From the NCBI GenBank assembly GCA_038087875.1, contig CM075980.1, forward strand, positions 63,488,001 through 63,552,000: DNA of 64,000 bases, written 5' to 3'. Each line of letters begins with the position of its first letter. The first letter of the stretch is position 1. Source of the stretch: Malacoraja senta. Lineage: Eukaryota. This document shows, piece after piece, positions 35,400-48,696 of this stretch. Under the pieces are notes generated by a model. It searched no databases and was not told the DNA's origin. It saw only the letters and a program-made list of their open reading frames with translations. A program made the translations under genes and the position numbers.

Positions 35400-35975
35400 A
35401 AACTGGAAAGGTTGGAAGAAAATATTTCTGAAGATGTTATCTAGTCTGTAGAATTTGGGTTGTAAGGAGTGGCTGAATAGGTTGGGTCTTTATTCCCCAG
35501 AGTGTAGGAGGTTGAGGGGCGACCTTATCGAGGTTTAAAAAATCATGAGGGGCCCAACTATGGTAATTAGCCACAGTCTTTTCTCAGAATACGGGAGTCT
35601 AAAACTAGAGGCCAAAGGTTTAAGGTGAGGGAAAGATTTTAATAGAATCTGACGGGCAACGTTTCCACACTGAGAGTCGTGTGTTCATGGAACAAGCTAT
35701 CAGAGGAAGTGGTAGAGGTGGCTATAAATTTCGGACCAAAACGTTGCCTATTTCCTTCGCTCCATAGATGCTGCTGCACCCGCTGAGTTTCTCCAGCATT
35801 TTTGTGTACCTCCTGGCTATAAATGTGACATTTAAAGAACATTTAGGCAGGTATGTCAATAGGAAAGGTTTGGAAGGATATGGGCCAGGCATGGCCAATG
35901 GGACAAGCTGAGACAGGCAACAGTCGGTGTGGATGAGTTGGGCCGATGGGCTTGTTTCATAGCTGTATATATTTT
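35400..35975 (+). mobile_element. CR1 3' fragment interrupted by a Penelope terminal repeat (about 35725-35812)
   Basis: LGLYS.E.RRLRGDLIEV.KIM...TRG..FKVR remnants; inserted aaacgttgcctatttccttcgctccatagatgctgc. Confidence 0.75.
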
Positions 35976-36859
35976 TTAAATCTATGAGTGGCAACTACAT
36001 TGAAAGTATGATGAAAGAAAGAATAAATTAAGCATTTCTGTAAACCCATCAAAACAGGATAACCCAAAAATTGTGATATTAGTGAAGTAGTTACAATTGC
36101 AAGGGACTCTAAACTTTGTACGTTTTCCTAGGCTATGTTTACCGTATCGGTGGATCGCTTGGAAGTTCTGAAAGAAGGAGGAAATGTAGATAATAGAGGA
36201 AGCCGAGTGGGTGTGTACCATGACTGCATAAAAAACGAAAATAACCAAATTATCAGTCCTTCTATAATGTTGAATAAAGGATAAATACCGACTGGAAGTA
36301 GTGGCATGAAATCTTGTACATTAACCTGAAAGTTTATTTGGGATTAATTTTAATTTCTTACCAAAAGTTGGCACCTTTGCCTGCAACACTCCCTGACATC
36401 CACAGTGGGTCATTGTACCTCCCTTTGGAGTGTCCTCGACCCAAATCCTCCTGACTTACTAAGGCTTTGCATACTTTGGCCATAAATGAGTTGTACTGTA
36501 ATTTTTTTAATGATGTCCCAAGGTTTTGTATAAACCCAAATTCTTGGTATTCATACAATGTCCCGGAACTAACTAAACTACATTTTGTTCTGATTTGCAA
36601 ATTACAAAGAGTGTATTAATGGTACATCAGAGGTTGGAAAATTTCTGTACATCAGGAATTTGGCTATAATACCCTTTCGTAGCAATCTAAAGCTAACTCA
36701 GATCATGTTGGTAGCAAAACATTGATCGTGCTATCTGGGTAGACTCTCTTGGCCAATAGAAATGACTGCTTCCATAGCAGCACTGTGCTTTCTCTGAAGT
36801 GAAGCATATTTGATACACAATGTGAAAGCAGATCATCCCATTCCACCCATGGCCCTCCC

Positions 36860-37372
36860 TTTGCAGCCACGGTGGTGCAGCGGTAGAATAGCTGCCTTAC
36901 AGCGATCCCGACTACGGGTGCTGTCTGCAGAGTTTGTACGTTCTCCCCGTGACCTGCGTGGGTTTTCTTTGAAATCTTTGGTTTCCTCCCACACTCCAAA
37001 GATGTACAGATTTGTAGGTTAATTGGCTTGGTGTATGTGTAAATTGTCCCCAGTGTGTGTAGGATAGTGTTAAGGGCCTGTCCCACTTTCACGACCTCTG
37101 CCGAGTTTGCCCTTGACTCATACTCGCAGCATGGTCGTCACAAGGTCGTAGGAGGTCGTAGGTAGGTCGTAGCAGGTCGTGATGCTAGTCGTAGGTACTC
37201 GTGGCATTAAGTAGGTCGGGGCGTTTTTTCAACATGATGAAAAATGTCCACGAGTAAAAAAGGTTGTGAATTAGGTCGTGAAAGTGGGACAGGCCCTTTA
37301 ATGTGCGAGGATCGCTGGTCGGCGCAGACTCGGTGGTCCTGTTTCCACGCTGTATCTCTAAACTAAACTAAA
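36860..37372 (+). mobile_element. HE1-type V-SINE (tRNA-derived), interrupted by a Harbinger MITE
   Basis: cacggtggtgcagcggtagaatagctgccttacagc head, V-domain ttctccccgtgacctgcgtgggttt...tttcctcccacactccaaag, and (taaac)n tail. Confidence 0.9.
37073..37297. mobile_element. PIF/Harbinger MITE with TTA target duplication
   Basis: tta|agggcctgtcccactttcacgacct ... aggtcgtgaaagtgggacaggccct|tta. Confidence 0.95.
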
Positions 37373-37660
37373 CACTGACTATTCATTTCACCCTTCCTCT
37401 TCTTTTCTTATCTGACACCCTTTTGGTTCCTCAACCCCGTGAACTCTTGATGTATCAACCTTATCTACCCTGCCAGTTCAAAACCCATTAAATTTGTCAA
37501 ACACAATTTTCCTTTTGATTCTACCTAATCGTATTATGGCTACAAATGCCATTACCAGTTCCTTAATGATGGCTAGGTATTCTGCTGACACTGATGTCAA
37601 GCCAACTGATGTATGATTATTTTTTCTCCCTTCCTTAAAGAGCAGTCTTCTAGATAGAGG

Positions 37661-38037
37661 CATGGGTGGAATTCCCGGGGGGTGGGGGGTGGGGGGGAAG
37701 TGACCCCCCCCCCCCATGTTTTGAGAGGTGGGGGACAGTACACCACATGTTTTCTTGCTGGTGGGTGCGGCGTTTGGCGGCGGCGGCGGCAGCGGTCAGA
37801 ATGGGTCGGCGGCGCGTTATAACATGCAAACTTTCCTCTCTGCCCTCTCTCTCTCTCCCCTCTCTCTCTCCCCTCTCTCTCTCCCTCCCCTCTCTCTCCC
37901 TCCCCTCTCTCTCTCCCCTCTCTCACTCTCCCCTCTCTCACTCTCCCCTCTCTCACTCTCCCCTCTCTCACTCTCCCCTCTATGCCCACTCTCTTTGTGC
38001 CCCCCCCCCCATGTTTTAAAAGCAATTTCTGCCCATG
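37661..38037. mobile_element. Putative MITE containing a (CT)-rich microsatellite
   Basis: Imperfect TIR catgggtggaatt ... aatttctgcccatg; internal repeated ccccccccatgtttt; CT-rich array at 37835-37995. No TSD found. Confidence 0.5.
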
Positions 38038-39266
38038 CGACCTTAAAATGGCATCAGCTCATGTGGATAATACGCACAGAAGGTTTCCAGGCGGGTGATC
38101 ATATTAAAAAAGCTAATACAGATAATTCCCAAACATCTCACTTGTAAAAGTTTTTTTGTGGTTGTCAGAGAGCTCTGACCTGTGATAATCAGAGAATCAA
38201 GCTTCCAAATGCAGTTGTTTACTTTCAAGTCAGAAAATGATGGATAGCAAAATGTGAAAACAGCCCTAAAGCCATGTGAAATATTCACGAGAGTCAGGAA
38301 TTTCTTGAACCAAGCTTAATACTGTATTAAGAAGAATATTTGATATTTAAATTGAAAGTTACAAACAATGTTCAAAAAGTAAATTCAAATAAGAGGCAAC
38401 ATTTTTGTGCATTATGGTGAAGGTAAAAGAAAAGATGGTTTGGAAGATGGCAGCTTGACGTTCGTTAGTGCACTCATCTGTCTAAAGAAGGGTTCTAACT
38501 TGAAACGTTATCTGTCCATTTTCTCTATAGATGTTGCCTGACCTGCTGAGTTCCGCCAGCAATTTGTTTCCTGCTCCTTCTCCAAGGGGCATCAATGAGC
38601 TGAAATATTCCAGACCACAGGCTACCATTAATAGATCCTCAAGTTATCCAAGAAAAAAAACAAAGCCTTTGTTGAACATGCAGGTTTACAAAACCTTTTG
38701 TTTTGTTTTTAATCAAATACATTTATTTTCATACCTTAAGTATGATATGAATTTTCAGGCAATCACCATAGCCAATTAAAGAAATTCAGACCAAGGGCAA
38801 GGAGAAGGCTGCTTAGCATAGTGGAGAGTGGTTATCTCAAGCTTGGTTTTCTGTAAAGTGTGCAATGTTAGGTTTAAATCCATGCTGCCTTAAGGTGAAA
38901 CCAGATATACAACCCTTGAGTGCATTAAAGACATAAGTAGTTTCTCTGGTGCAGAAGTAATCTGGGCAACGCAGTTAGCATTGATGGTCTCTCTTAAAGG
39001 GTAATTACTACATTAGAAAATGGTGTTTGTAAACTTCTAATAGTTTTAAACTTCTCATCGATAGTGACTGAAAAACATGGCTTGCTCCAGCTCATGGTTC
39101 AGTGTTCAGTTTTGGTTACCCTGCTACAGAGTAAATGTTGTTAAGCTGGAAGGAGTGCAGAGAAGATTTACGAGCATGATGCCAGGACCTGAGGGCCTGA
39201 GCTATAGGGAAAGGTTCGGCAGGCTAGGACTTTATTCCTTGGAGCGTAGAAGGGTTATTTATAGAG

Positions 39267-39558
39267 GTTTAGTTTAGCGTCGTTTAGAGATATAGTGCGG
39301 AAACAGGCCCTTCGGCCCGCCGGGTCCGTGCCAACCAGCGTTCCCCGCATATTAAACCACACCATACACACTAGGGACTATTTTTACATTTACCAAGCCA
39401 ATTAACCTACAAACCTTTATGTCTTTGGAGTGTGGGAGGAAACTGAAGATCTCGGAGAAACCCACGCAGGTCACGGGGAGAAGGTACAAATTCTGTACAG
39501 ACAGCTGCCGTAGTCAGGATCGAACCCAGGTCTCCGGCGCTGCACCACCGTGCCGCCA
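39267..39558 (-). mobile_element. HE1-type V-SINE
   Basis: Reverse complement of ggcggcacggtggtgcagcgccggagacctgggttcgatcctgactacgg..., with V-domain and HER1-shared tail. Confidence 0.92.
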
Positions 39559-39592
39559 CCTAAGATCATGAGGGTATAGGGTAGAGATAGGG

Positions 39593-41892
39593 TAGACAAT
39601 AGACAATAGGTGCAAGAGTAGGCCTATCGGCCCTTCGAGCCAGCACCGCCATTCACTGTGATTCACAATCAGTACTCCTCCCTTCTCCCCATATCCATCT
39701 AACTCTCTCTTGAATGCATCCAGAGAACAGGCCTCCACTGCCTTCTGAGGCAGAGAATTCCACAGATTCACAACTCTCTAGGTGAAAAAGTTTTTCCTCA
39801 ACTCCGTTCTAAATGGCATACCCCTTATTCTTAAACTGTGGCTCCTGGTTCTGGATTCTCCCAACGCTGGGAACATGTTTCCTGCCTCTAGCGTGTCCAT
39901 TCCCTTAATAATCTTATATGTTTCAATAAGATACCCTCTCATCCTTCCAAATTCCTGTGTATACAAGCCCAATCGCTCCATTCTTTCAACATATGACAGT
40001 CCTGCAATCCAGGGAATTAACCTCGTGAACCTACGCTGCACTCCCTCAATAGCAAGAAAGTCCTTCCTCAAATTTGGACACCAAAACTGCACACAATACT
40101 CTAGGTGTGGTCTCACGAGGGCCCTGTACAACTGCAGAAGGACCTCTTTGCTCCTATACTCAACTCCTCTTGTTATAAAGGCCAACATGCCATTAGCTTT
40201 CTTCACTGCCTGCTGTACCTGCATGCTTACTTTCAGTGACTGGTGAACAAGGACACCCAGATCTCGTTGTACTCCCCTTTTCCTAACTTGACACCATTCA
40301 GGTAATAATCTGCCTTCCTGTTCTTGTCACCAAAGTGGATAACCTCACATTTATCCACATTAAACTGCATCTGCCATGCAACTACCCACTCACCCAACCT
40401 GTCCAAGTCACCCTGCATCCTCATAGCATCCTCCTCACACTTCACACTGCCACCCAGCTTTGTGTAATCTGCAAATTTGCTAATGTTACTTTTAATCCCT
40501 TCATCTAAATCATTAATGTATATTGTAAATAGCTGTGGTCCCAGCACCGAGCCTTACGGTACCCCACTAATCACTGCCTGCCATTCTGAAAGGGACTCGT
40601 TAATCCCTACTCTTTGTTTCCTTCTGCCAACCAATTTTCTATCCATGTCAGTGCCCAACCCCCAATATCATGTGCTCTAATTTTGCCCACTAATTTCCTA
40701 TGTGGGACCTTATCAAAGGCTTTCTGAAAGTCCAGGTACACTACATCCACTGGTTCTCCCTTGTCCATTTTCCTAGTTACATCCTCAAAAAATTCCAGAA
40801 GATTGGTCAAGCAAGATTTCCCCTTCATAAATCCATGCTAACTCAGACCGATCCTGTTACTGCTATCCAAATGTGCCACTATTTAATCTTTTATAATTTA
40901 CTCCAGCATCTTCCCCACCACCGATGTCAGGCTAACTGGTCTATAAGTCCCTGTTTTCTCTCTCCCTCCTTTCTTAAAAAGTGGGATAACATTAGCTACC
41001 CTCCAATCCACAGGAACTGATCCTGAATCTATAGAACATTTAAAAATGATCACCAATGTGTCCACGATTTCTAGAGCTACTTCCTTAAGTACCCTGGGAT
41101 GCAGACCATCAGGCCCTGGGGATTTATCAGCCTTCAGTCCCATCAGTCTACCCAACATCATTTCCTGCCTAATGTGAATTTCCTTCAGTTCCTTTGTCAC
41201 CCCAGATCATCTGGCCACTAGTACATCTGGGAGATTGTTTATGTCTTCCTTAGTGAAGACAGATCCAAAGTACCTGTTCAACTCGTCTGCCATTTCCTTG
41301 TTCCCCATAATAAATTCACCTGTTTTTGTCTTCAAGGGTCCAACTTTGGTCCTAACTAATTTTTTCCTCTTCACGTATCTAAAGAAGCTTTTACTATCCT
41401 CCTTTATATTCTTGGCTAGCTTACCTTCGTACCTCATCTTTTCTCCCCGTATTGCCTTTTTAGTTATCTTCTGTTGCTCTTTAAAGGTTTCCCAATCCTC
41501 TGGCTTCCCACTCATCTTTGTTATGTTATACTTCTTTTTTATTTTTATACTGTCCTTGACTTCCCTTGTCAGCCATGGTCGCCTCTTACTCCATTTAGAA
41601 TCTTTCTTCCTCTTTGGAATGAACTGATCCTGCACCTTCTGTAGTATTCCCAAAAATACCTGCCATTGTTGTTCCACTGTCATCCCTGCTAGGGTCTCTT
41701 TCCAGTCAACTTTGGCCAGCTGCTCCCTCATGGCTCCATAGCTCCCTTTGCTCAACTGTAATACTGACACTTCCGATTTTCCCTTCTCCCTCTCAAATTG
41801 TAGATTAAAACTTAGCATATTATGGTCACTACCTCCTAATGGCTCCTTTACCTCGAGTTCCCTTATCAAATCCGGTTCATTACACAACACTA
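39593..41892 (-). mobile_element. CR1 (HER1-like) LINE ORF2, ~2.3 kb, 5'-truncated and frameshifted; nested in an older plus-strand CR1 (about 39105-42195)
   Basis: Consecutive ORFs 41207-41890 (EPLGGSDHN), 40898-41200 (KSPGPDGLHPRVLKE...YRPVSLTS), 40607-40828 (YLDFQKAFDKVPH), 40233-40547 and 39778-40224; (ctattgt)n tail. Confidence 0.96.
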
Positions 41893-42329
41893 AAGCTGCA
41901 CAATCTTTTACTCAGATTAGAACCAGAGGACATAGGTTTAAAGTGAGAGGAGAAGGATTTAATAGGAACCTGAGGGGCAACGTTTTCACACAGAGGGTGG
42001 TGGGTCTATGGAATTAGCTGCCTAGGGGGTAGATGAGCCAGGTACTATAACAACATCTATAAGACATTTGGTCCAGATACATGGATAGGAAAGGTTTAGA
42101 CAAACATGGAGCAGGTGTGACTAGTGTAGATGGGGCATCCTGGTCCACATGGGCAAGTTGGGCCTAATTCCATATTCTATGAGTCTATGACTCTATGATA
42201 GACATAACGTGTTGGAATAGCTCAGCAGGTGAGGCAGCATCAATGGAGAACATGGATAGGTGATGTTTCGGGTCGTCACCCTTCTTCAGATTCAGTCTGC
42301 CAGACGTCCGCAAGTGTGCCAGATGTCGT

Positions 42330-42890
42330 TCACTTGTGTCACCACGTTCAGAAAACTCATGTACTTGTACCCTTTTTTACAACACTGTCTGAGGCCCTGC
42401 CATATATTGTACAAGTCCTGCCCTGGTTTACCTTTCCAAAAATGCAACACTGCATTTATCTGAGCTAAATTCCATCTGCCATTCCTTGGCCCACTTTCCC
42501 AGTCGGTCTTGATCCTTGTGTAATTTAAAATAATCTTCTTCACTGTCCACTATACCACTAATTTTGCTGACATTTGCAAACTATCTAACCATGTCACCAC
42601 ATTTTCATCCAAACTGTTCATATAAATAATGAATAACAATGGACCCAGCACGGATCCCTGTGGCACACCACCGGTCACATGCCTCTAATCTGAATAATAA
42701 CCCTGCACTACCGCACTCTAACTCCCACCATCAAGCCAATTTTGTATGCACTTGACTGGCTTCCCTGGATTTCATGAGATCTAACAATCCAGACTAGCTT
42801 ACCAGGTGGAACCTTGTCAATAGCCTTGTTAAAGTCCAATAGACAGCGTCTTCTGCTCTGCCCTCATCGATCTCTTGTTTACCTCTTCCT
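42330..42890 (-). mobile_element. Decayed CR1 RT fragment
   Basis: Antisense to [15 protein letters not shown]...KFA at about 42575-42670. Confidence 0.8.
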
Positions 42891-44336
42891 GGATTTGGAA
42901 AAAAAACAGGAGTGAGGGCATGTTTGACAGACTACATATTTGATGGGGAAGCTTTCTGTTTCTCACCCATTGATCTGAATTGTACTACTGATGTCTGTGT
43001 GGTGCATCTGGATCAGCCTCAAAGTCATATTGGCTTCAAAGTCGTCTTGTTGAGTCTCATTGTCTATATTCGTTTTCACCTAGGCCACAGCTAACTATGG
43101 CCTGGTTCCGTTATCATCGTTACTTTTTTGCATATCTTTCATTAATTTGTTCTATATCTCTCCACAACACCGTTTGTATCTCTTGTTTCCCTTTCCCCGA
43201 CTCTCAGACCCAAAATGTCACATATTCCTTTTCTCCAGAGATGCTGTCTGACCCGCTGAGTTACTCCAGTTTTTTGTGTCTATCTTCAGTTTAAACCAGC
43301 ATCTGCAGTTCCTTCTTACACATCCCAAACTGACCTCCTCTTTGTATCACAAACATTCACAGACAGATTTACTGATATCATGGCAGTGATTTTCTCGAAC
43401 TACTTCTCCTGCTGTCTCAGTGTTGTTTACAGAAAGACCATGAGCTGCCAGGGGAACATGGAAGATGAATGTTAAACTGGTGACCACAGAAAACCTCGAG
43501 AAACGTAAAAGGGCTTGCACATTTAGAGAACCATGACTCCTGATGCACTGGTGGGAAGTGAGTCAATTCTATATCTTCGTGTTCAGAGAAATTTGTTTCA
43601 GTTCTGGTCACCATGTTACAGAAGGAATTTAGAGAAGAGGCCCGCAAAAATTTTGCCTGGAATAGAGAGCATTAGCTATAAGGAGAGGTGGGACAAACTT
43701 GCCTTGTTTTCTTGAGGAATTGGAGGCTGAGGAATGATCTGATCAAAGTTATAAAATTATGAAAGGCATAGTCTATTCACAGGTTGGAAATGTCAAATAA
43801 TAGAGGGCAGTAGTACAGTTTAAAATCAATTTTAACCTTTAATCTATTTTCTCAGTCATCTCTGAAACTTGCCATGGTTAATGTCTCTATTTAAGGATAC
43901 TAATTGTACTTCGGAGTCACGTGAGTGACTACGTGAAGAACCCCGCCAGTGCGCCTGCGCGTCATTACGTCAGACGCCTTGATGCAAACGGACGTGAGGA
44001 GCAGAGCTCCTCCAGTGGTTTGTAGTTTTTCAACTACAAGGTAAGTAGAAACTTTTTTCATGTTTTCCAGGTCCGTTTACTGTGGGTCTATGGGGATTTT
44101 TTCCACAGACGCCATGGGAAAAAAACGGACAGGGGGAATAGGCGAGCGACACAGCCGACAGAAAGTCGGGAAAGTCGGGAGTCCGCGGTTAGAGACCAAC
44201 CGCCTCTAAACCCCGGTACAGTCACCAGCGGTGAGCATAGCGACTGTGGACCTGGGGCTGGTGAAAACACAGTCAGCGCCTGTCGGGCAAAAGACAAAGT
44301 TTAAATCCCAACGGCCCACGGAGGGAGTCCCAGGCA

Positions 44337-45280
44337 ATGGAAGTAGCTCCAGGGCTAGATACTGCTTTCGAGCGTATTGCCCAAATAGAAAGCCTTTTAC
44401 ATAGGCTGTTGGAGCAAAGTTCACTCAGGAAGGAGTGTACTGAAATCCAAGCTGCTGGAAGCAGCTTAACAGCACCTGGCTCAGGGCTGATGGAATGCAC
44501 CCTCAGGGATGAGGAGCGTGCTACGGGTCATGAGATTTCAGACCCCGACTCTGACGGTGAGGCTGTACAAGGCGATGAACGGCAGATTCCAGATGTTCCA
44601 CCCCTGGCAGTAGGATTCGCTGCCCCGTCAGGGTCAGGAGAGCCATTAGGAGAAGAACTGGCCTCCTTAATAAATTACTTGGTTTACCATCAGCTGGAAC
44701 AGCAGGAGATGGATGAGACTGCAAGAAAGCAGGAGACCCCAAGTAACTGTGGGTTGCTGAAAGCAGAAGCAGTGAACCAAATTATCTGGAATCAGTTGCA
44801 GAGAATATTAAAGCTGCTGGGTTGTGGAATAACTGTTTTTACCAGAATAGCAGATAACAGCCAAGAGATGACGAAGTTGCATCAGGAAGCACTGGGGTTT
44901 CTATGCAGCACCCACTTCGAGATCAATTATCTGAGGAAGGTGCTATACGGCCTACTATGAATCCGAAATTCGCAGCACTCTGCAAACCAAGTAATATACA
45001 ATTACCCAACTTACTCTTTGGAGAGGATCTCGGGAGACGTATTAAAGAGTTGGAAGATGAAGCGAAAACAGGATTGATAAAAACATCAATGGTTACAAAG
45101 TCTGTAAAGAGGAAGTATCCTTTCAGACGTCATACGGATCCTAGACCAGGACCAAGTCGCTCATCAACGCAGGGACGTAGCTGGCAGCCTGCAGCGGGAG
45201 TAAGAACCAGTGGTGGTGCTTCCGGGAGAATCCAGGGATCTCAGAATACTCAAATGACTCAAGAGGTAGGTGGACCTGGT
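44337..45280 (+). pseudogene. DIRS gag-like ORF1, frameshifted
   Basis: ORFs 44337-44960 and 44903-45475 (IRPTMNPKFAALCKP...LLFGEDL..RIKEL) lie upstream of RT. Confidence 0.75.
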
Positions 45281-47060
45281 TCTCTTGGGAACATACTAAC
45301 TGGATTAAGTCCAAAAGTTGGAGGCAGATTACGTCTCTTCTATAAACATTGGAAGAAGATTACTTCAGATGTGGTAATTCTGAATAATATACAAGGATTT
45401 CGAATTGAATTCAATCCAAATTATGATTTGCCTGTCCAGCATGTTCCTTGCAGAACTCTCCACTTTGCGAAGTAATGGAGGTTCAAGCTGCGCTTCAAAA
45501 CCCTATATATAAAAGGTGTTTTTGAAGAATCAGTCTACCAAATTCACCAATTTGGGTCAAATATATTGCCTCGATCAAAAAAGGATGGAGGATGTAGGAT
45601 GATTATAGACTTGACAAGTCTGAATCCTTTTGTTCAGTGTCTGTTCACTTGCAAGATATGAAGTATCTTAAATTTAAATGGATGAACCAATTAGGGCAGT
45701 TCAAAGCTCTGCCTAATGGGTTAACGTTCGCTCCCAGAATATTCATAAAATTGTTAAAATCAATTCTGGGGTTGCTGAGAGCCAGGGGCATGTACTAATG
45801 GCATACCTAGATGATGTCCTGATTATAGGAAGGACAAAACAGTCAACAGAAGCATCAGTTGCAGTTATAAAATCAAACTTTTGAAAGTTTGGGGGTTTCT
45901 AAATTCATCCAAAGAAATCAAGGTTAAAAACATGTACCTCAATTGATTATTTGCGGTTCACAATTGATTCAGCCCAAATGCAAATTACTTTGCCCAGTGA
46001 AAAAAGGGTGTTGATTAAAGATTGCAGTAATCTGTTAAACGAGCAAAAACCTCTAATCAGACAGGTGGCTCGAGTACTGGGAAAATTAGTAGATTCCCAG
46101 CAGTCCAGTATGGACCATTACATTATCAACAGCTGCAGAGAATCAAAGAACAGGCACTGAGAATAAATGCTAGTCATTTTGATAGAACCATGCAAGTGAC
46201 AACAAATGCTGTTTCTAATCTGCAGTGGTGGATTCTACATGTCTCAAGCAGTTCAGGCAAAGTGCTGATTGAACAACCTTCCATGATATTACAAACTGAT
46301 GCCAGTGCACTAGGATGGGGTGCAACTGACTTAACATCTAGCTGCGGAGGCAGATGGAATCAGGAAGAGTTATTGTTACTGCAGACATGGGGAATTACCT
46401 ATTTGGAGCTTTTAGGAGGTTTTCTATGGACTCCAAGCTTATGGTTCTAACACAACTAAAAGGAAGGTTCAAGTTAAAATTAATAAACACAACAGCAGTT
46501 GCCTATATTAATGATATGGGTGGAATTAAGTCGGTGTCATGTGACAAAATGGTTAAATCAACTTTGGTCTTGGTGTATTGAAAAGAACATTTGGATTTCA
46601 GCTATCTATCTACCAGGTAGAATGAACACGATAGCAGACACCAGGTCACGAAAGTTCCATGATAATAAAGAATGGATGTTGAATCAAGAGGTATTCAATG
46701 ATATAGTAATCAGATTTGGAATGCCCGACATTGACTTGAATCATCAGCTATCGAGATATGTCTCATGGAAACCAGATCCAGGAGCAGTGGCGATTGATGC
46801 TTTCTCGCTACATTGGGGTGGTATGTTTTCATATATATTTCCACCTTTCTTCCTCATAAGCCAATGTTTGCTTAAAATCAGGCAAGATGCTGCTTCAAGG
46901 GTATTGGTAGTACCAGATTGGCCTACACAGCCATGGTATCCGTTGATATTAGAATTAACAACACAAATGTTGATGAAAGTCCCAAAAAGGAGTAATTTAT
47001 TGCTGCACCCTGTAACGGGGTAACAACATCCATTATATGATTGTTTGGATTTGTTGATTT
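45280..47060 (+). pseudogene. DIRS RT/RNase H/methyltransferase-like ORF, multiple frameshifts
   Basis: YLDD near 45805, RNase H TDAS near 46295, MT-like domain in ORF 46499-47023. Confidence 0.88.
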
Positions 47061-48051
47061 GCAGGTTTTAAGAATGCCTTTTCTGGGACGAGGACTGTCT
47101 GAGCGTACTGTGGACATGCTTACGGCAGCCTGGAGGAAGAGCACTTAAAAACAGTACCTGTCTTATATTAAGAAATGGGAAGAGTTCTGTGTACAAAAGA
47201 ACGTGCAATAAAGCACTGCAGATATTTCAAATGTTTAGAATTTCTGTCAAAACTTTATTATGATGAAGGTCTGAGTTGTAGTGCAATTAATTCAGCCAGA
47301 AGTGCATTGTCCTCATATTTGGTTCTGGAGTCAGAAAGAAACCCAATCGGGTCACACCCAATTGTTTCCAGACTAATGAAAGGAATCTTTAATTCCAAAC
47401 CACCGAAACCTAGGTACATGACAATCTGGGATGTAAGTGTGGTACTGAAACTACTTCGTGAATGGTCATCAAGTGTGTCTTTACCTTTGGCCAAGCTCAG
47501 TATGAAAGTATTAATGCTTATGGCATGAGTGACAGCACAACGAGTGCAAACACTTGGAAAATTACAAATAGACAGTATGGAAGTAACTGAAGATAAGGTT
47601 AAATTCTATATCTATGACCTACTAAAGCAAATTAGGCTAGGTGTGACAGGATTTAAAATTATACTAGCAGTATATCCAAATGATCCTTGTCTCTGTATTA
47701 AGACATATTTGTTACAATACATTGAGGTCACAAAGAATTTGAGAAATACGAAAACTGGGTTGTTGATCGCACACAAGAAACCACACAAGAGAGTTTCAAT
47801 ACAGACTATTTCCAGATGGATAAAAGAAGTCTTAACAGCTGCTGGTATTAACACTTATGTTTTTACGTCTCACTCGACTGGGGCAGCAGAAACGTCGGCG
47901 GACAGGGCAAAAGACGTCCCCGTCGACCATATCCTCGAAGATTGACGCGCAGGCGCACTGGTGGTCTAATGAGTTGATGTTTCAACATTTTTACCATCGG
48001 CCTATTGTTAATGCGGGATTGTTTGCAGAAACTATTTTAAGTTCTGTGTAA
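47060..48051 (+). pseudogene. DIRS tyrosine recombinase, disrupted
   Basis: ORFs 47175-47528, 47529-47945 and 47857-48051. Catalytic R in TAQRVQT; HSTR is altered to HSTG; WSNE...FY at the C-terminus. Confidence 0.9.
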
Positions 48052-48696
48052 ATTCCTCTGGTTTAAAGGGGATCTGATTAATTTCATTATTGAAATGAAT
48101 TACTGCATTTGTGGTACAAATGTTATTATGAATGCATGATTGATTATTTCTCGTTCCGAGTCAATCAATGCAGTGAGAAGCCGGGATTGATCCACGGCAT
48201 GAAATCACAAAGCTTTAAAATCTTCACGTAGTCACTCACGTGACTCCGAAGTAAAATAGTAAGGTTAAACGAGAACTTACCTAAGTTTGAAGTTTGATCT
48301 TTATTTTATGAGGAGTAACGTAGTTGATTACGTGCCCGCCACGACCCTACCCTCTATCATAAAGGTCAGATGGAAGTTCTTGTATTACTCGTTTTATTAT
48401 GAGACTCTATTACTTCGGTTGTTGTTTTTTGTGATTTCACACCGCTGCTTTGAAGATTGACGCGCAGGCGCACTGGCGGGGTTCTTCACGTAATCACCTA
48501 CGTAACTCCTCATAAAATAAAGATCAAACTTCAAACTTAGGTAAGTTCTCGTTTAATCTTACTATTTTAAACCCATGTTTCTTGCCCTGAAACTGAATTT
48601 GAAATTTTCCCATGCTGTGATCATGCTTTGCTAGTGGTCTATTTACTATGAGATTATTAATTAAACCTGTCTCATTACAGCACTAAAATAGCCTAA

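Larger units (their letters stand above)
43907..48568 (+). mobile_element. DIRS1-type retrotransposon copy 3, full-length (gag-like ORF, RT, RNase H, MT-like domain, YR; ITRs and ICR), decayed
   Basis: Left ITR tacttcggagtcacgtgagtgactacgtgaag; ICR 48221-48334; right ITR 48452-48568. Motifs include VGGRLRLFYKHW, LPNGL...PRIF.KLLK, AYLDD, LQTDASALGWGA, AIDAFSLHW...YIFPPF...VPDWPTQPWYP and TAQRVQTL...SHST. Confidence 0.97.

Noticed and set aside
36865-36920. tRNA gene
   Set aside because: This is the tRNA-derived head of an HE1 SINE, partly deleted and continuous with the V-domain.
37597-38147. Arg/Glu/Gly- and Leu/Ser/Pro-rich ORFs
   Set aside because: They are produced by the CT-rich microsatellite.
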